Shown here piece by piece: positions 59,586 through 64,000 of a stretch of DNA of 64,000 bases. Position numbers and translations under genes: made by a program. This stretch comes from Asterias rubens (Eukaryota): contig NC_047067.1 of the NCBI RefSeq assembly GCF_902459465.1, positions 17,856,001-17,920,000 on the forward strand, in the 5' to 3' direction. How positions within the stretch are numbered: position 1 is the first letter of the stretch; the number at the start of each line of letters is the position of its first letter. Under the pieces are notes generated by a model. It was not told the DNA's origin. It ran no database searches and worked only from the letters and a program-made list of their open reading frames with translations.

Positions 59586-61188
59586 TACTCATTCTAACTT
59601 AGGACTAGCCTTAATTTTTTAGTAGGACTAGTCCTAAGTTATGATAAGTCTTCACACTTCCATCCAAGCAGCAAATACGCTTTCCAGACTAGGGCTTTTA
59701 GCCAAAACCGCCATCACAAATACAATTTATGACTGGTATATGCTCATTTCTGCTAAACAGAGTTTTTAAAGCAATATTTTCTGCTTAAAAACTCTTTGAA
59801 ATTGGGTCAATGAGTTTAATATTGATGAGTAATTCATTTATTATTAAGGAATTCAAATCCAGTTTTAGTATAGTGAGTTCCCAGCTACATTTACAGTAAT
59901 TGTGAAATTTTAGCAAGCAAGATTTTCTCCACGAAGAGAGGTGCATGTATTTATAGAAACTTGGTTATAAAACTTGTGTGGCATCCAAATAGCTTCCCAT
60001 GTTTCTCCAGGGATCCGTACCGGGTGAAAAAAACACCGGCCCGAGATTGATCGGTTCTCATCACAAAAATGTCGCGTCCGGTACTCTCGCCATATTGGGA
60101 ATCCATTTTCCAAGTAAGGGTGACGAATTAGGGTCCGTTTTAGGTTAATGGTTGAGGTAAAAAGTACCGAAAAGAGAATAAATAAGCCTTTGAAAAAAAT
60201 AACTACAAATATATCCCCTTTTTGACATGTTCATGTCAATTTGTTACTCGTTTAGGGCTAAAATGTATTAACACGGGAATGCAATCGAAAAGAACAGTGG
60301 ATATTTGTTCTTTCTTGTCAATTCTTTTCGTCAAATGCAGCATCAGCAAAGTATCATGACCCATTACTATATTTTATACCCCTTTGCCATAGAATATTGA
60401 CTTCATGTTTGATTTGTAAAGGCCACAAATTAGCAAATTAGTGATTTCAAAAACCTGTGATTGTATTTCTTTAAGAAATTTGTTTTCTTACTTTTTTTTT
60501 GTTTTTACCCATACACCGGTGTGTGTTAGTACTGTATACTCAGTACTTTCCCGAGTCCTGTGAAAAAAATATCACAGGCATGTTACTCAGGTGTTTTTTT
60601 TCTTCTTTTTCTTAATTTGATTTTCAAAAGCATTGTTTTTAGGACAAGGATCCAAGTACAGATCATAGCCACAAGCTCCCTGTACACGAATTCGAATCAC
60701 ATAGCTTAGCGTAAACGTAAAACAGAGAAATAACGAGGGCTTAACAATAGTGTAAACCCCTTTTAATATATTGGATAATCGCTATAACAGACGAACGAAA
60801 TACATCGGGGACTAATCTATCAATCAGTTCGTACGGAACCTAACGATTTGGGAGTCAACGTTATTTGGCATCGGCCAACAAAAGGACTTCGCCATCGATA
60901 ACTGTCACTGCTGGAAATTATTTTGTTATAATCGTCATGAGGCCAATGCACTCGGGATTGATACCTCTTTTTAAAAGGCTTGTGGCTACGCGATTACTTT
61001 TTAAATAGTGTGCTTACTTTGGGAAGTGGCTATAGAATGGCTGACAAGATAGAAGACGGAGCCGTAGCCGCTGTGATGAAATGGAACAGTTGTGTCTTAC
61101 TAGTTGCACAAGCTATTTTGTGTGTGAGAAGGCCATTCTGAAGCTGTGACGTGTTTCACGTATGTTTTACGAAGTCTCGTCACACCCG

Positions 61189-61596
61189 GGCCCAATTTCA
61201 TAGAGCTGCTTAAGCACAACATTTTGCTTAAGCAAAAAAAATCCTTGCTTAGTAAAATCAGATTACCGGCCAAAAATCCACTCAAATGTTATGCTCAATG
61301 TATATGACATAAAAAAATTGCCAGTAACATGTGTAAAATAAGCGAGCTGTTTTCGTGCTTAAGCAATTTTGTTTGCTTAAGCAGCTCTCTGAAATTGGCC
61401 CCTTGGCCCTATTTCAAAGAGCTGCTTAAGCAAAAAATATTGCTTAACAACTCTCTGCTAAGCAGCGATGCGCAGGATACCAGTCACAAAATAATGGTAC
61501 ATGTGAGATTTTTAGCTGGTAAACTTATCCTGGGCTAGTATAGCTTTGATAGGCTTAGCATCTTCTTGTGTTTAAGACGCTCTATGAAATCGGGCC
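61189..61596. mobile_element. Two tandem Harbinger-type MITEs sharing a 3-bp spacer
   Basis: GGCCCAATTTCATAGAGC...GAAATTGGCCC|ctt|GGCCCTATTTCAAAGAGC...GAAATCGGGCC. Confidence 0.85.
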
Positions 61597-62960
61597 CACG
61601 TGCTTGCTGATTAAACCGTTTATCTTGTGTATGGTGTGCAAGTCTGACGTCTAGTTATCACTCACTGACTACACTCGTACTTATGTACAGCAAGTCAAAA
61701 ACTTAAAAGTTTTAAATTAAACATCTACAAAAAGATGTATTGTAGCCATAAACAGTGCATAACAAGGCAATTTGCATTAACCTCAAAGTAGTCGCACTGA
61801 TAACCATTCCATTACGCACTTATTGTACATCCCAATGGAGTTTTAAGGGCACTGGTTACCTATTCAATTTGACATCGCAATCAAGTCGTACGAACTGAAC
61901 CGAACTCGGATGGTGAGCGATGGTTTGGATGTGACCTTAAAAATGCATTTTTCTGTACTTCTATAATAAGTGCACTTTCGGGGGCGGGTGAGAGGGTGGG
62001 CACCCTGCACTGAATGCCATTGGGCCACAATGTGCCGCTACCGAATGTGGTATTAACCTATTGGTGCTTCAAAACGACGTCTATTGTTTGCTGTGGTTTA
62101 AGTTATGCCTATAGTATGCCAATACAGACAGTTCTATAAATATCATGCATTTTAAATTCCAGTGCATTGGTCACTCACCATAACTATACTTTCACAATAG
62201 GTTTTATATCAATTCTTCAAATTGAACTGTGTCCTTATTATTTTGTTACGCACTTTCTTTTTTTTCAATTTCATTTTCACGAAACAATTAACTCCATATT
62301 CCATGTAAAGCAAGAATTAAAACAACAAATATTGACAGGAATCTACAACATTGGTGGCTATACACAAAAAGTAGACCGAAATCAGATACTTTTGACAAGT
62401 TTACTCAATAACAATATTGATATTTGTTTCGTTTAGGAGACGTCACGTCTTGTATTATTGGTTTTTATTTTTTATGTTGATATTAAATTTCATGTTTATT
62501 CAAAAACAAGTTCACGATTGGTTTTCCTTTTCATCTCCAAACTTTAACCGCTGACTTTGTTTGACTTTACCGACCGGCTGCGCTTGTCGGCCCCGGTTCC
62601 ATGTTAAACGCCAGCGTGTTGCCCCGTCGGCTCACCCTTTGTTCTTGGATTAGATTTCCCGCCCCAACCCTTTCCCATCAGAGTAGCCACCTCAGATTTC
62701 TCTGTGGTTTTTGTGTTTTTTATTTCATGGTGGAAAATTTGTAACCAATTTCCCCCTGTTTCCTAGCTGGAGGTTGTCAGATCGGAGGAGTGGAGTCTAA
62801 AAGAATACATGGAAACTCTAGAAGAATGTCTGTTGTGTCAAACAATAATTAATATACAGATGACGCGCAGATAGCCGGAAGATATTTGAACAGCAATTAG
62901 CTATGAATGATGTTTGGGGAGGTGTTGGTACACCACACTTAGGCTACAGGTGCATCTTAA

Positions 62961-63144
62961 AGGCACTGTAAAGATAGTATAAAACATTGCGAGAAACGGC
63001 TCACTCTGAAGTAACGTAGTTTTTGAGAGAAGTAAAGTAGTAATTTCTCACTCAAATTATTTGAATTGAATTCGAGACCTCAGCTGAGGTCTCGAATTCA
63101 AGCATCCGAAAGCACAAGTTGTGCGACAAGGGTGTCCAGTGCCT
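62961..63144 (-). mobile_element. K-A MITE subfamily 2, doubly deleted mini-copy
   Basis: ttaa|AGGCACTG...GAGACCTCAGCTGAGGTCTC...ACAAGGGTGTCCAGTGCCT|ttaa. Confidence 0.85.
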
Positions 63145-64000
63145 TTAAGTATATTATTTCATTAAAAACTATGTTGTTTTACTTTAAATATGAAACTGAT
63201 ATAATCTATAGGTTTGTTTGTTTGTCTTCATTATTTTGCGGTTTTTGATATCATTGTTGTTACCACTTTTGATTAACTTTCGTGTAGGTCCAAGCCGACT
63301 CTCTTGTTTGTTTTCCGAAATATAAAAAAAAAAATTGTATTTGTTATACAATATAGTCTGCCTTTGAATTGAAATAAAGTGGCTCTAATTCAATTTGACC
63401 ATGCGCTCAAAAATCACAGGATGGCGTTTCCTTGTATTCACTCCGTACATCAATAATAACTAACTTCATAAATGAAACCCATAACAGAACACCGGGGAAG
63501 AATTTGCAAGGACAAAGGAGAACCGATTTCTGAAAATCAAAAAAGCCCTGCACGTCATTCAAATAAAATATCCACAAACTATCATTGAATTAGCATCCGG
63601 CTGTCGTTGTACCGGGTAGTGTAGCGGGCCAAACATCCTCCCCGAGCCCCGGAGCTGCGCGGCGGCCTTAAAACGCAAGCAAAGGCGGCCCCAAGCCGTG
63701 AGTTGATTTTCGGCCAGCCTGCCGCCCGCTGTAAGGCGGATCGAGTCACATCACCTCACGCCGAGTTGATAGTTTTTCTCATCAAACTCGCCACACCGCC
63801 AAAAATGTTACTGTAACATTCTCCTGTTGATCGGGGGGATGTTTACAAGGCCTACAATTGGTTTTTCCCTTGTGTTTAGGACCACCGCGAGAGTTACGTT
63901 TTCTGCCGAGTGTTAGACGAGCGGCAAGTCGAGGTGCATGAAGAATTCCATGAGGTTGATTTGATTACCATTGCAAGCCGTCTCGTGCGGCGCTTCGGGT

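Noticed and set aside
1880-63144. GAGACC/GGTCTC pairs as cloning (BsaI/Golden Gate) scars, and TTAA elements as piggyBac
   Set aside because: The sites are the stem of a diverged natural repeat family; the termini are AG...CT rather than piggyBac CCY...RGG.
56011-64000. Wnt1 exons 1-2
   Set aside because: No minus-strand segment encoding the expected KQRRL...ECKWQF...RWNC motif was found; the three minus frames at the window end are closed, so these exons must lie outside.
1-64000. Global enrichment of TCF core sites (ATCAAAG) as evidence of autoregulation
   Set aside because: A composition estimate predicts roughly a dozen or more by chance on both strands; the number I noticed does not exceed that.

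Overview
Eukaryotic DNA from an AT-rich invertebrate deuterostome, most likely an echinoderm such as a sea star (inferred from the Wnt sequences, a Deu-domain SINE and the repeat landscape; not verified by search). Three protein-coding genes were reconstructed exon by exon, with GT-AG boundaries and consistent phases. (1) The last four coding exons of a MAGUK p55-family gene (MPP3/4/7-like guanylate-kinase domain) on +, 1755-4489. (2) A complete 4-exon Wnt6 on -, 38612-16882, 355 aa. (3) The last two exons of Wnt1 on -, 56010-52551; exons 1-2 lie beyond the window end. Wnt1 and Wnt6 are in the ancestral tandem order, but the gene after Wnt6 is the convergent MAGUK rather than Wnt10. The non-coding space is dense with non-autonomous elements: about 28 copies of one TTAA-flanked Kolobok-type MITE, several Harbinger-type MITEs, tRNA-derived SINEs, an L2 remnant, two minisatellites, and a 508-N assembly gap. 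No CRISPR array, intact tRNA gene or autonomous transposon was seen. The most notable observations are a five-fold R-x-D repeat with three RGD motifs in the Wnt1 inter-domain linker, the MAGUK-Wnt linkage in place of Wnt10, CTCF-like motifs (some repeat-borne) near an apparent CpG-density step, a forkhead-motif minisatellite, a six-CCAAT cluster in the convergent intergenic region, and repeated breakage of the MITE at its internal hairpin. All functional interpretations are hypotheses; counts are hand counts.
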